Made by a program: the position numbers and the translations under genes. The notes below the pieces were generated by a model. It saw only the letters and a list, made by a program, of their open reading frames with translations, was not told where the DNA came from and did not search any database. Shown here piece after piece: positions 38,712 to 49,297 of a DNA stretch of 64,000 nt (position 1 is its first letter; every line of letters starts with the position of its first letter). Source of the DNA: a virus (Duplodnaviria > Heunggongvirae > Uroviricota > Caudoviricetes). The stretch lies in the IMG/VR virus record IMGVR_UViG_2791355477_000007, one strand, 5' to 3'.

Positions 38712-39137
38712 CTAATTCTCTTTGTTGTTATATTTCTCATCTGTATATGCTATGTATTCTTCGCTCGTTAAATTAGATTCTGCATCGGGAGCACTTAAAT
38801 GTTGAGTAAAATGTAATTTGTACTCTCCTGAAGTTCTCATTTTTATATACGTCTTAATAGTAATAGTATCTCTAAAAATATCGTCTCCTTTAGTATCAAC
38901 AACTACCTTAATCTGTACGCCATTTGGCAACGTAATATCTTCCCCTGTTGATTTTATCTGATTATCCATTGAATGATATTCGGAATAAGGCATAAATACA
39001 GCAATGGGCTCGTTATTCTTCATAATAACTTTCGTTTCTTTCTTGTTAATAATATCTGTTATTTTCTTTTTAAAATCCGTTAGACTGATAATTAATTGAT
39101 GTAGGTTAGGTATTTTCATGATTCCATCTCCGTTCAA
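38712..39137 (-). CDS. hypothetical protein (141 aa)
   Basis: ORF with RBS GGAGATGG. Confidence 0.4.
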   Translation of the reverse strand: MNGDGIMKIPNLHQLIISLTDFKKKITDIINKKETKVIMKNNEPIAVFMPYSEYHSMDNQIKSTGEDITLPNGVQIKVVVDTKGDDIFRDTITIKTYIKMRTSGEYKLHFTQHLSAPDAESNLTSEEYIAYTDEKYNNKEN

Positions 39138-39460
39138 TATGATAATTATATACTATCACAAAAACAGAACTAAAAACAACTCTAAATTTAGTATTAAATT
39201 AAGTGTATAATTTACAACTTAATTTAATAATCATTGAGAATGTTTTAAAGAACAGGAAAAGTGTTTCAAATCAAAATAAAAACCCCGTTCATATATGAAG
39301 ACGGGGTTTCTTGTTTATTTTCCTATCTTAATCTTACTCCTTTTTTAGAGAGATATGTTTTTTTGACGTTAGATTTATCAGAATAACATTCCTGTTATAT
39401 AATATAAGAATGTATAAAAGTAGGTATTCGAAACGAATTAAATTTAGGAGGAGATTTTAT

Positions 39461-39946
39461 ATGACGTATGTATTTTTAGGTGTATTATGTTTCATAAAAG
39501 GTTTAATAGCTTTGTACCTCACTACATTTATTCATGAATTAGGTCATGCGTGTATGGTATTGCTAAATAAAGGAACAATTGCAGAATTTGAAATGGGTTC
39601 AGGTAAAAATATATTTCGAATTAAAAAATTTACACTTTCTTGGGGTTTCAAAGGAAGATGCAGATATGATGTACCTAAGAATACGCATCCATTAAAACAA
39701 ATCATTATATCTTTGGGTGGTGTAATGTTTACATTACTAACAGCCATTGTATTGATTGCGTATACGGAAGTGAATATATTTGAAAATCTATTAAAATTTA
39801 AGCTTTCATTTACAGAGTGGATGCTTATAACATGTCTTACAGATATAACAAATTTGCGACCACATAAGTTTATTCGTAGAGGTAAAGAAAGCAAAACAGA
39901 TGGACTACAGGTAGTAGAGTATTTCTCTCTTCTTATGAAAAAATGA
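39461..39946 (+). CDS. small polytopic membrane protein with HELGH motif (paralog of 20954..21508)
   Basis: IHELGHACMV; RBS AGGAGGAG before ATG 39461; AGGTATTC box upstream; hairpin terminator 39955-39990. Confidence 0.45.
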   Translation: MTYVFLGVLCFIKGLIALYLTTFIHELGHACMVLLNKGTIAEFEMGSGKNIFRIKKFTLSWGFKGRCRYDVPKNTHPLKQIIISLGGVMFTLLTAIVLIAYTEVNIFENLLKFKLSFTEWMLITCLTDITNLRPHKFIRRGKESKTDGLQVVEYFSLLMKK

Positions 39947-40343
39947 GCAACAACAAAAGAACAGTATGAATACTGTTCTTTTCTCTATCAATTTATCATC
40001 ACTCTTTTACAAGTTCGACTTTTTGCTCTACTGGATTCAACTGTCTCTCACTTAGGAATACATAAAATTCAGCAAAATGTTTCTTATGAGTAGAGATAAA
40101 GATTACTTTTATCTTTTCTTCTTTTGACTTTACTTCTAATTCTTTTGGTAGTGTTTTTTTCTGCTACTTCAATGTTTTCAATTGTTTTTTCCAAAATCCC
40201 CGAAATGGGGGAATTAACTATTAATTTTATTATGAATTAAGCTTATTCCCCTGAGGGATGGGCAAAGTTATCCTAAATAGATTTCCTGGTTATAAAATAA
40301 AACAGATTCCATAAAGGCCCCATCTTATCATTTACATATTATC

Positions 40344-40559
40344 CTACTTTTTTTCTTCTTTGTAATTCAACGCAATCTCTACTATCTCTTCGGGTGTTAA
40401 GTCTCTAAAATCCCAAAAGATTAAGTCACTTGGAGCTGGGTGAGGTACATTCTCTTTTAAGATATCAATATACTTACTACCCAACTCATCTGGCAATTTA
40501 GGGTCACATATTTGTTCTACAAGTTTAATAAGCTCTTCTTTAGTCATTTTACTATTCAT
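40344..40559 (-). CDS. colicin/pyocin DNase-type immunity protein (Im-like)
   Basis: 71 aa; ...ENVPHPAPSDLIFWDF...TPEEIVEIALNYK parallels colicin E9 immunity ...THHPDGTDLIYYP...SPEGIVKEIKEW; immediately downstream of HNH DNase toxin. Confidence 0.65.
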   Translation of the reverse strand: MNSKMTKEELIKLVEQICDPKLPDELGSKYIDILKENVPHPAPSDLIFWDFRDLTPEEIVEIALNYKEEKK

Positions 40560-40578
40560 GTTATCTTCCCCCTATAAT

Positions 40579-41883
40579 TTATAGCCCTTTTTTCCCAAAA
40601 TGATAAGAAGGATCTAATATGGTTTGATGAGTCTTAGGAGATACAATGATTAAGTTATCAAGGTTATAGACATCGCCACCTTGATGAATGGGTTGTTTGT
40701 GGTGTAAGACATATACTTTGTGTTCTCCATATTGCTGTGATTCTGGAGTATAAGGTGCTTTACCTTCCATCATCCTCATCTTGTTCATGCGATTAAATTC
40801 TTCCGCATAACTTGATTCAGCAACGGTTTTCCAAAACTCTTTTCTAAATTCATCAAACGAACTAAATTCTCTTCCTATTAATTTTTCTCGAACTTCTTGT
40901 GGAATAACACCAATAGCACCATCATTGTACATTAGCTTTTTTTGAGTACCTAAACTCCGTTCAAGGTTAAAACTTGAAGTCACTGCACCTGGTGTATTTC
41001 TTTTTACTGCACTTGAAGTTTTTGCAAACCAATATGTATCTAAAGGCTTAATAGTATCTATTTTATAATTCATCTTACCATAGGCATAAGCAGTTTCCAA
41101 ACGACTTCCTAATTGAAATTCAGACATAGAAGGTAAACTTCTTCCCCATCTCGCACCATTTCCTACAGCACCAGTACCCCTTGTAACAAGTCCCAAAAAT
41201 GCTAAAGTAGTCGCTCCGTATGCTATCGATTCTGTGATACTTTCTGCATTTCCATATTCTATGTTCTCTACATACCAATCTGACATAACATTTCGCATAG
41301 CATGCATCTCTTGGAATTCCTCGTCCCACTTATGTTTTAATGTTCCAATAGGATTCTTCCTCATATCTTTAATAAATTCGTATTTATCTCTAAATTCCTC
41401 TTGCGTATCATCAATAGAACTCTCCACAAAGTCCCTAAGTCCATATTTTGCATCTTCCATTGCGTCCATTGGATTGTCAACTAAGTGTCCGAAAAAGCCG
41501 GAGGTTTGTTTCCACGCTTTTTTTAACGGATTAAAAATAGTGTCCCCTGTAGCTCTCCCGCTTCCTCGCAGAAAGGCGTCTGATAGATTACTGAGTAGAT
41601 TGAAATTCCCATACGCTTTTTCATCAACTTCACGGAATGTTCTTGCCGATTTCTTTAGTTCGAGTTCAGTATGATGTAAATGCTTAACTAAATCATCCAT
41701 ACTCCTCTTTTTTGAAAAAAATTCATCGAAAAACCGTTGATTCGCCATCCCTTCCCAAGACATCTGTAATTCGAACGTGACTTGTAAAAGTTCTCGAATT
41801 ACTCTTTCCATATCTTCTCTATTTCGTGACATGGAATTCGCAGATGCTTCTAATTTATCTGGGTCAACACGTACTTGTCCCAA
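40579..41883 (-). CDS. polymorphic toxin: WXG100/LXG-like N-terminal secretion domain + C-terminal colicin-E9-type HNH DNase
   Basis: N-term helical with SWEGMA (W-x-G) motif; C-term YVLHHKQPIHQGGDVYNLDNLIIVSPKTHQTI matches colicin DNase HNH motif (HH..P...GG.VYD.DN....TP..H). Confidence 0.7.
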   Translation of the reverse strand: MGQVRVDPDKLEASANSMSRNREDMERVIRELLQVTFELQMSWEGMANQRFFDEFFSKKRSMDDLVKHLHHTELELKKSARTFREVDEKAYGNFNLLSNLSDAFLRGSGRATGDTIFNPLKKAWKQTSGFFGHLVDNPMDAMEDAKYGLRDFVESSIDDTQEEFRDKYEFIKDMRKNPIGTLKHKWDEEFQEMHAMRNVMSDWYVENIEYGNAESITESIAYGATTLAFLGLVTRGTGAVGNGARWGRSLPSMSEFQLGSRLETAYAYGKMNYKIDTIKPLDTYWFAKTSSAVKRNTPGAVTSSFNLERSLGTQKKLMYNDGAIGVIPQEVREKLIGREFSSFDEFRKEFWKTVAESSYAEEFNRMNKMRMMEGKAPYTPESQQYGEHKVYVLHHKQPIHQGGDVYNLDNLIIVSPKTHQTILDPSYHFGKKGL

Positions 41884-42172
41884 TTAATTTCCTCCCTTCA
41901 TTTTTATGTATAAAACTTCCAGTATAATTATAGCAAATTTATAGGGTTGGGATTCGTAAATATGTACTTTTTGACATGATGTATAAATTTCTAATGAATC
42001 AAGCTAAATCCCCTGTTTCGGGTATTTGGACAAAAACACCCTCGTAAGGGATTGATTTAAAATCTTTTTTGTTAATCGAATACCATAATAGATATATCTT
42101 TTATTCGTTATCTACTGTTTCAAACGCCATCTTTACCATTGTAAAATCTCCAGGTTGCGAATCAAATAAATA

Positions 42173-42721
42173 TTATTTAGATTTAAGACCTTCAAGTATA
42201 TCAACTAATTTAAATTTCCAATACATCTTCGTTTTCCACGTGATTTCAAATCTTTTCTTTATGTGAATCATAGCAACTTCATTTGTATCTTTTATAACTT
42301 CTTTTACATTATCTATTTCATAAAACATATATATAAAAGTCGTAATAATAATTAATTCTTCCCTATTCATATCCTTCATTTCTAACTCCTGTAATGGTTC
42401 TTTTTCCATTGCAGAATCACGAATTAACTTTTTTGAAAATTCATAAGCTAATTTCCTGTTTAACTCTATTGAGTCTTTATTTTTACTTATTATTTTGCGA
42501 TATATATGTATAGGTATATACAACTGGTTACCAATCCTACTTATTAAATCAAAAATCAAAATTGGTCCCCTATCTTTCAATTCTTTTTTAAAGTCCTGCT
42601 TTATCTTTTGTTTAAGCGATTTCTCACTTACATTTTGTATTTTTTGTGTATAGTCGTTCAATATATTCAATAGTGTTTTTACTTGATTTACTTCTTCCTC
42701 GGTGGTGAGTATCCAGTACAT
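42173..42721 (-). CDS. hypothetical helical protein (182 aa)
   Basis: ORF upstream of toxin gene, same strand. Confidence 0.4.
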   Translation of the reverse strand: MYWILTTEEEVNQVKTLLNILNDYTQKIQNVSEKSLKQKIKQDFKKELKDRGPILIFDLISRIGNQLYIPIHIYRKIISKNKDSIELNRKLAYEFSKKLIRDSAMEKEPLQELEMKDMNREELIIITTFIYMFYEIDNVKEVIKDTNEVAMIHIKKRFEITWKTKMYWKFKLVDILEGLKSK

Positions 42722-42968
42722 AACATATCCCTTCCTTTCATGGTCATATTTTCGTATGTAGTATTATATTTGCTACAGCTACATGTCATAAAAAAGAAAC
42801 GTTCGAGAAGGAAAAGACGTTATAACTACTCGGATTTTATTGAGGTTTCGTTAGAGGAAGATGAAGTAATTGCAGATGTTCCATTTGAAGCTGTATATCT
42901 GTAAGAATTAATAAAGGGGAATTTAAATTACACAATAAAAGACAAGTAATGATTACTTGTCTTTCTTA

Positions 42969-43538
42969 TTACTCCCATTCTCTCATTTTTCTCAACTCTT
43001 TTATACGAAGCTCCTTTCCTTTTTCAAGCCCTTCTTTAAATCCTCGCTGATAGGCTGTTTGGAATCCTATTGTTCGATGCTCTTCATTAGCTTTTTTATA
43101 ACCCTCTTCAACCTTTTTCATGAAAAGATTTTGAACTAATTCAGGGTAATTTTCATTTTTAATTTCATTTAGAAGTGATTTTTCACCTTCAATAACACCT
43201 TTGTTATAATTTTCTTTTGCAACTCTCTGCACATCTTCTTTTGTATAGAATGTTTTCTCTTCATTTTTTACAAATCGTTGCTTCTTTACTGAGTCATCAT
43301 TGTTCTTAAATTGATAGGAAAGTATATGGAGAGTAACAAGATTAGTATAATTGAGTGAGTCAAGTCTGTTTATAATGTCTTGAATAATAGATACTCTTGC
43401 TTGCTCTATATTCTTTATCCCATCTCGTGCAGAAACAGCCATCAAACTCGACATAAGTATAGTAGTTCGAATTTCCTCTTCAAATGGAGAAAGTATTTCA
43501 TTAGCTTGTTCTATAAATTCATTGTTTTCCTGTGTCAT
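42969..43538 (-). CDS. hypothetical protein, paralog of 43578..44324
   Basis: shared MTQ.NN.F.EQA.E.L.PFE.E...TILMSSLM N-term and GFQ.AYQRG...GKELRIKELRKMREW C-term. Confidence 0.45.
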   Translation of the reverse strand: MTQENNEFIEQANEILSPFEEEIRTTILMSSLMAVSARDGIKNIEQARVSIIQDIINRLDSLNYTNLVTLHILSYQFKNNDDSVKKQRFVKNEEKTFYTKEDVQRVAKENYNKGVIEGEKSLLNEIKNENYPELVQNLFMKKVEEGYKKANEEHRTIGFQTAYQRGFKEGLEKGKELRIKELRKMREWE

Positions 43539-43577
43539 TATCCGCTACCTCCGATATATTAATTACTCAATTATGTC

Positions 43578-44324
43578 TTAATTCCATTCTCTCATTTTTC
43601 TTAGTTCTTTAATGCGTAGTTCTTTTCCTTTTTCAAATCCATCTTTAAATCCTTTTGTATACTCATCTTTCTGGGACAATTGCATGGGTGAGTTTATAAT
43701 CGTTCCCCCTTTTTCAGAAATTCCCTTTTCATATCCTCGTTGATACGCTTTTTGAAATCCTACGGTTCTAAATTCTTCATTAGCTTTTTCATAGCCTTCA
43801 TCAAACTTTTTCATGAATAACTTTTCTACAAGTTTAGGATAGTCTCCATTTTTAATCTCATTCAGCAGTTCTTTCCTTCCTTCTATTACTCCCTTTTTAA
43901 AAGAGGTTCCCTTTAAACTCTCTTTATTTTGAATAGAAAAGATATCTTTTTTTATTTCCTTACCATTATTAATATATTCTCTCCCTTTGTTATAATTTTC
44001 TTTTGCTATCCTTTTCATCTCATCTTTTGTATAAAATGTCTTTTCATTTGTTTGAGTATTCTTTCGAGTTTTCACTGAAGCAAAGTTCTTATTTAATTGA
44101 GAAGTAAGTGAATAAATCGTAATAAGGTTTGTGTATGTAAGGTTGTCAAACATTTTGAAAATTTCTTGCATGACAAACATTCTTGCTTGTTCCATATCAT
44201 CAATCCCATTTTGAGCGAAAACATTCATCAAACTTGACATAAGTATGGTAGCCTTTGCCTCATCTTCAAAAGGAACAAGCATCTCATCTGCTTGCTCCAT
44301 GAATTTATTATTTTGTTGAGTCAT
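43578..44324 (-). CDS. hypothetical protein, paralog of 42969..43538
   Basis: see previous. Confidence 0.45.
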   Translation of the reverse strand: MTQQNNKFMEQADEMLVPFEDEAKATILMSSLMNVFAQNGIDDMEQARMFVMQEIFKMFDNLTYTNLITIYSLTSQLNKNFASVKTRKNTQTNEKTFYTKDEMKRIAKENYNKGREYINNGKEIKKDIFSIQNKESLKGTSFKKGVIEGRKELLNEIKNGDYPKLVEKLFMKKFDEGYEKANEEFRTVGFQKAYQRGYEKGISEKGGTIINSPMQLSQKDEYTKGFKDGFEKGKELRIKELRKMREWN

Positions 44325-44542
44325 TACACCGATACCTCCAATAATTATAGGCCATTTTATTATTTATCCATTGTAACATAGAGAAAATCTTTGTAAGCTT
44401 ATTGCTAATGTTTATTTTGTTTTTTATTATAATTACGGTAAATGAAATTTTATATATTCTTAAAATAAAAGAACATATGAATTATCTGTGATAACTACAA
44501 AAATGCAGAGTATTTAAAAATTCAAATACTCTGCATCATCTA

Positions 44543-44776
44543 TCAGAAGGCTAATCTATATATTCCAAACCCTATTGCAACTACTCCGCATATTATCGGA
44601 ACAATATGCTTCTTCTTTGACTGCTCATAAACTCTTAAACCTCCATTAATCATATTCACTCCTAAAACTAAAAAGAAAATACTGAAGTAAAATGGATTTA
44701 AACCTGATGGAATAATTAACAATATTATTGCTACTAAACTTATATAGTGAATTCGCTTAATAAGCTTCTCGTTCAT
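44543..44776 (-). CDS. small membrane protein (77 aa)
   Basis: two TM helices. Confidence 0.4.
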   Translation of the reverse strand: MNEKLIKRIHYISLVAIILLIIPSGLNPFYFSIFFLVLGVNMINGGLRVYEQSKKKHIVPIICGVVAIGFGIYRLAF

Positions 44777-44896
44777 TTAAGACCCTCCTTTACTATTCTA
44801 AATCCAATTATAACAAATTATTTAAAAAATTCCAAAAAAATGGTAGATTAATATTGGAAGATATTGTATAGTATTACTTGAAAGGGAGGTATTAAT

Positions 44897-45613
44897 TTGA
44901 AAATAAAGAAAGTATTAGCTAACACTACTGTCGCTACTATGCTTTTGGGAAGCTTTGCAACTGTTGCGAGTGCAGAAGAAAATGTTGGGAATATTCAAAA
45001 CCAAACTAACACCTCATCTCAGAAAAACTTTATTCCTCTTCCACCAAAAAACAATGATGACATTGGTGATAAGGGAACGTTCACAGTTGAAGGAATTGAT
45101 TACAATTATGAATTCAAGGAGGATTTAGGCAAAGGAATCCGAGAATTTGCTTTTGGTGAAGGAGAGGAACGAAAAGTAGCCCTTTATGACATGAACAAGG
45201 GCGAAATTACTCTTGACGGTCAATTAATTGCAAACAATGTAGTTACTAAAAAAAGAATTACGGCACTACCACAGCTTAATGATTTTACAATTGGTTCAGA
45301 TAAAGGTGGCGGTGTCTATGACTTTAAGTATTATGATGAAGGTTCATTTAACGTCATTTCAGCTACAGCAGTCACATTAGGGGCAATCCTAATTGCTACA
45401 GTTTTTAAGAAAAATCCTGGTAAAACAGCTGGTGTAACAATAGCGGCGGGAATATTGTCGGCCGTTTCTTCAAACAACTTCACTCTTCGTTGGAATTTAT
45501 ATCACTATAAGAGTTCAAAGAAGACTTGGTATCAAGACAGCATTAACTTCTATAAAGGTTTAACTGGAAATAACAGAGTATATAATGTTACACATTATTA
45601 CGGGGTTTTATAA
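44897..45613 (+). CDS. secreted/cell-surface hypothetical protein
   Basis: signal peptide ...TVASAEE, internal hydrophobic segment near C-terminus; RBS AAAGGGAGG; terminator 45619-45651. Confidence 0.5.
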   Translation: MKIKKVLANTTVATMLLGSFATVASAEENVGNIQNQTNTSSQKNFIPLPPKNNDDIGDKGTFTVEGIDYNYEFKEDLGKGIREFAFGEGEERKVALYDMNKGEITLDGQLIANNVVTKKRITALPQLNDFTIGSDKGGGVYDFKYYDEGSFNVISATAVTLGAILIATVFKKNPGKTAGVTIAAGILSAVSSNNFTLRWNLYHYKSSKKTWYQDSINFYKGLTGNNRVYNVTHYYGVL

Positions 45614-45808
45614 ACTCTAAAAAAGACACTGGCTTGTTTCCAGTGTCTTTAATTATTTGTATAATCAACTATATAAATTGTAGAAGTTAATGTCATAAAT
45701 TATCAAATGTAATTGTAATAAAAAAGATGAAGACCATAAACATCCAAGTTTAATTTCTCCATCAGTTACTTGTTAACATAATAATTTTATTAATACATAT
45801 ACCCTCAA

Positions 45809-46210
45809 TTAAGAGCATGATAAGTACGTTTCTTTTTGATGAATACGATTTGGTAAAATCCAAAGATTTATTTCTTTTATGTACTCAATCCCAAATTCCA
45901 ATAATCTTTTCTTGTTTTCAACTTCATTCTCTATCCATTGTATTCCATTGTTTATACAATACCTTTCTACTTCTTTATTATTTAATGAATACTGCTTTAA
46001 GCACATAATAAAAGGTTGTAATTCCTTCTCTGCTCCTTTCTTATCCTTGAAACGATAATCCAATAACCAGGATTCAATTACATGCATTATCATAGGATAT
46101 GTAGCAAGTGGCACATTCCCTTTTATACGATACTCATATATTTCTTCATTTTTCACAATTTCAATCATGTTTCTCTGAAAATAGTCAGACACATACATTC
46201 CCCCAATCAT
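45809..46210 (-). CDS. hypothetical protein (133 aa)
   Basis: ORF. Confidence 0.4.
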   Translation of the reverse strand: MIGGMYVSDYFQRNMIEIVKNEEIYEYRIKGNVPLATYPMIMHVIESWLLDYRFKDKKGAEKELQPFIMCLKQYSLNNKEVERYCINNGIQWIENEVENKKRLLEFGIEYIKEINLWILPNRIHQKETYLSCS

Positions 46211-46356
46211 AAATTTGATAGACTATTTTACGCATTTTTTCTTAATAAATTTACTGTTTTATAAGAAAAAGCTCTCTAAAGAGAGAACTTTTTATCTTTT
46301 GGTGCAAATAAGTAATAATCAGCCTTAATAGTAGAGTTTACATCTTGCGTGATTTG

Positions 46357-46641
46357 TTATGCATTTAGCTCTGAAATATCTACTAAATCTGATATCAAGA
46401 TTGGTCCATCTTCCAAAGTGATAGATTCATACATTCCAAATTTCGCAAATTCACCTTCTGGATGAATATCACATTCATCTCTCCAAACATCGAAAGAATG
46501 TTTTTTTTGTAATGTTGGTTTCACTCTCCATACGGAAGTATAATTAAACCCTCCCTTGGTAATATATCGACATCCACTTAAATAGAAATATTGCAATTCT
46601 ATAGTCTCTGCTTTTGTTAAAGCTTTACCTAATTTATTCAT
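46357..46641 (-). CDS. hypothetical protein, paralog of 46783..47058
   Basis: shared ...IELQYFYLSGCRY(I/L)TK...W(R/T)... pattern. Confidence 0.4.
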   Translation of the reverse strand: MNKLGKALTKAETIELQYFYLSGCRYITKGGFNYTSVWRVKPTLQKKHSFDVWRDECDIHPEGEFAKFGMYESITLEDGPILISDLVDISELNA

Positions 46642-46782
46642 GTGTACATTCTCCTTTATAAATCATAATTTCTTATACCTGGTTTTATATTATCTATACA
46701 TTATATTAATAGTTTGCATCTAATATAAAAAAACAGACAACATTTGTTCTCTGTTTTTACATTATGTATTTATTATTTACAA

Positions 46783-47058
46783 TTATTTAATACCTCGCAC
46801 ATCTACAATCTCATTAATAGCGATAGGAGCATCTTCCCACTTCGTAAAGTTGTAATCTCCGTGTGTAGGGCGACACCAATCCCCTTCATACGATACTCCT
46901 TCTTGCACTGTCCAGAAGCTTCCTTTTGCTAATTTAAATCGTTTAGGAAGATTTCTCCACAACTTTACTTTCCCATTTTGTTCTTTTGTAAGATAACGAA
47001 AACCCTCTAAATATAAATAAGACAATTCGATTTCTTCTTTTTTTGAAATACACCCCAT
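46783..47058 (-). CDS. hypothetical protein, paralog of 46357..46641
   Basis: see previous. Confidence 0.4.
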   Translation of the reverse strand: MGCISKKEEIELSYLYLEGFRYLTKEQNGKVKLWRNLPKRFKLAKGSFWTVQEGVSYEGDWCRPTHGDYNFTKWEDAPIAINEIVDVRGIK

Positions 47059-47103
47059 ATAATCTAAATACTCAATACCTGCATTTCGATTCTTAGTAAC
47101 AGA

Positions 47104-47379
47104 TTATTTTTTTTCTTTTTCTCTTTTAGGAATAATCTCAAACTTCATTGCTCCAATACCTTCAAAATATTCAACAGGATATGTTTTTTCTTCTACTTCA
47201 TCATCATCATTAATACGAATAATTGTAAGCTCAGTCGATGTCACCGATTTAACTAATGCGTTATGTACCTTTTCTGAAGAGCTAATACATTGAGACGGTT
47301 CAATGAGATAGATAAGTTTCCCTGGATAGAGTGGTGCTGTATCAAAAATAGTTGCTTGTTTTAAGAACTCACTTTGCAT
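47104..47379 (-). CDS. hypothetical protein (91 aa)
   Basis: ORF. Confidence 0.35.
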   Translation of the reverse strand: MQSEFLKQATIFDTAPLYPGKLIYLIEPSQCISSSEKVHNALVKSVTSTELTIIRINDDDEVEEKTYPVEYFEGIGAMKFEIIPKREKEKK

Positions 47380-47412
47380 TTCATACTCTCCCTTCTATAC
47401 ATTCAAACGTTC

Positions 47413-48114
47413 TTAAAAGTTAACGACCTCATTTAATGCGTTTTCCAGTTGTTTTCTTAAGCTTTTATATTTTTGAATAGAATCATCTTGTTCATCGTCT
47501 AATATTTGATTAGCATACATTACAATTTGTCGTCTTAGACCCGCCAATTCTATAGACATCTTATAAATTTCAAAATTAATTATCCCTTCATAGAGAAGGT
47601 CTTTATCTTCAGTATCTTTCCAATCTGGATAATATTTTTTATTTCCTCTGTAGAACCTATATTCTTCTCCACATTTTAAAATTGTATATTCTTGCTCATC
47701 ATTTAAAACATAGTGACCTGCATAATAATTAGGGTCATCTTCTATTTGTTCGCTACTTGAACCTACTAATGAGCCACCTTGTAAGGATGGTTGGATATAA
47801 TACAATACTTTTTTCAAGATGTTAATTATTTTTTCATTTGATAGCTCTTCTTTTTCATATTCGTAAATTCGATATACTGATTTATCAAAAACGAAGCTTT
47901 TATATAGAAAATCATAATGTAATCTTAAAGATACATACTGCCTTACCTCTTCCGACAAGTGTAATAGACATAATGTAAGAGTTCCTTTTTCATGATTATT
48001 GTCAACGATTGTTACAGGGTAATTTGCAAAACTGGAATTTGCTGTGATAACTCCATATTTTCCGTCCAATGGATGATTTTTATAATTATCTTCTTTTAAG
48101 TTAAATGGTATCAT
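47413..48114 (-). CDS. hypothetical protein (233 aa)
   Basis: ORF. Confidence 0.4.
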   Translation of the reverse strand: MIPFNLKEDNYKNHPLDGKYGVITANSSFANYPVTIVDNNHEKGTLTLCLLHLSEEVRQYVSLRLHYDFLYKSFVFDKSVYRIYEYEKEELSNEKIINILKKVLYYIQPSLQGGSLVGSSSEQIEDDPNYYAGHYVLNDEQEYTILKCGEEYRFYRGNKKYYPDWKDTEDKDLLYEGIINFEIYKMSIELAGLRRQIVMYANQILDDEQDDSIQKYKSLRKQLENALNEVVNF

Positions 48115-48143
48115 TCAGTTAATCCTCCATATTTATATATTCT

Positions 48144-48437
48144 TTAGATAGTTTTTCTAAATTTTTCCTTTCTATCTTTTTCTACTTCAGACATTTCAAC
48201 ATAAATATCCATAAGTTCTTTAATATCCATGTTTTGTTTTTCTTCTTTATACGACTTCCAAATTGAATCACTATGATTTAACCCATATGTATACCAAATC
48301 GCTTCTGCCTCCATGAGTGATATGAATAAGCCTTGTTCTCGAAAGTCTTTCTGAATCGCTCGTTTTTCTTCATCTTGCAGGAAAACTATTGCATTCATCA
48401 TTTCTCTAAAATAAATTTGGGTTTTAACAAATCCCAT
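48144..48437 (-). CDS. hypothetical protein (97 aa)
   Basis: ORF. Confidence 0.35.
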   Translation of the reverse strand: MGFVKTQIYFREMMNAIVFLQDEEKRAIQKDFREQGLFISLMEAEAIWYTYGLNHSDSIWKSYKEEKQNMDIKELMDIYVEMSEVEKDRKEKFRKTI

Positions 48438-48455
48438 TAAGACTCACTTCCTTCT

Positions 48456-48797
48456 TCATTCATTTGAAGTTTTAACAGCAGTAACCTGTAATGAGTATCC
48501 AATCGTTGTAATTTCACTTAATCGAAACTTTAATTGGTCACCTGCTTGTAGAGAGGTATGGCTCTTACAAATTTCAACAATGCTTAATTTTTCAATAGGT
48601 GCAGAATGAATTCCCATCACTTTGAAGGCTTGTTTTTCTTGAAAGACTACATTTACTATTTCTACATCACTATGCTCTGAAATAACTTTGACAGTATCTC
48701 CTACACAAATAGGATGACCATTGAGATAAACTTCTGTTTCTTCTCCGACTAATCCGTGAAAAATATCATTTTGCATAAGTACCAATTGATTATTCAT
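48456..48797 (-). CDS. hypothetical protein (113 aa)
   Basis: ORF. Confidence 0.35.
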   Translation of the reverse strand: MNNQLVLMQNDIFHGLVGEETEVYLNGHPICVGDTVKVISEHSDVEIVNVVFQEKQAFKVMGIHSAPIEKLSIVEICKSHTSLQAGDQLKFRLSEITTIGYSLQVTAVKTSNE

Positions 48798-48810
48798 ATC
48801 TCAATATCTC

Positions 48811-49242
48811 CTATTCTTGGATTTCTTTCTTTTCACTCGGGTTTGATTCTGCTACTAACTTTCTCATAGCATCCACATGGTCTACTTGTAATTGAATTCT
48901 GTTATTTATCTCTGATTCTTTTTCCTTAACAAGACATAATAATTCAGAACTCTTTAATAAAGAGTCTTTTAAACTCTTTTCTCCTAAAAATTCTCTTAGT
49001 AATTTAAATAACAATTTATACTGATAATAAATCTGTTTATCTACAGTTATGTCGTAAATTGCATCACCTATAGAATCCACTTCCTCATCATCTGCTTGGT
49101 TCCTTAATGCATATAGCTTACTCATAGCAAATAACTGTTGTCGCTCCACTGTAGATAGGTGTTCATAGCTATCAGGATTATCTATAAGGTTCTTTGCAAA
49201 TTCTAAAATCTTCTCTTGCATTGACGACACCCGTTTACTCAT
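48811..49242 (-). CDS. hypothetical helical protein (143 aa)
   Basis: ORF. Confidence 0.4.
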   Translation of the reverse strand: MSKRVSSMQEKILEFAKNLIDNPDSYEHLSTVERQQLFAMSKLYALRNQADDEEVDSIGDAIYDITVDKQIYYQYKLLFKLLREFLGEKSLKDSLLKSSELLCLVKEKESEINNRIQLQVDHVDAMRKLVAESNPSEKKEIQE

Positions 49243-49297
49243 ATGTATACCCCCTAAAAGAAAGAGTCCCTAAAAGGAACCCTTCTTAATTATTTGT

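Noticed and set aside
39995-40200. Possible gene remnant on minus strand between HELGH gene and immunity gene
   Set aside because: Translation has multiple stops and no convincing similarity to neighbouring families.
40150-40340. G/C hairpins (CCCCGAAATGGGGG, CCCCTGAGGGATGGG) downstream of the immunity gene as a structured ncRNA
   Set aside because: Short isolated stems without covariation evidence. Most simply a terminator region for the toxin-immunity operon.
41120-41674. ORFs 41120..41329(-) and 41234..41674(+) inside the toxin gene
   Set aside because: Embedded, Cys/Ser-rich low-complexity translations; spurious.
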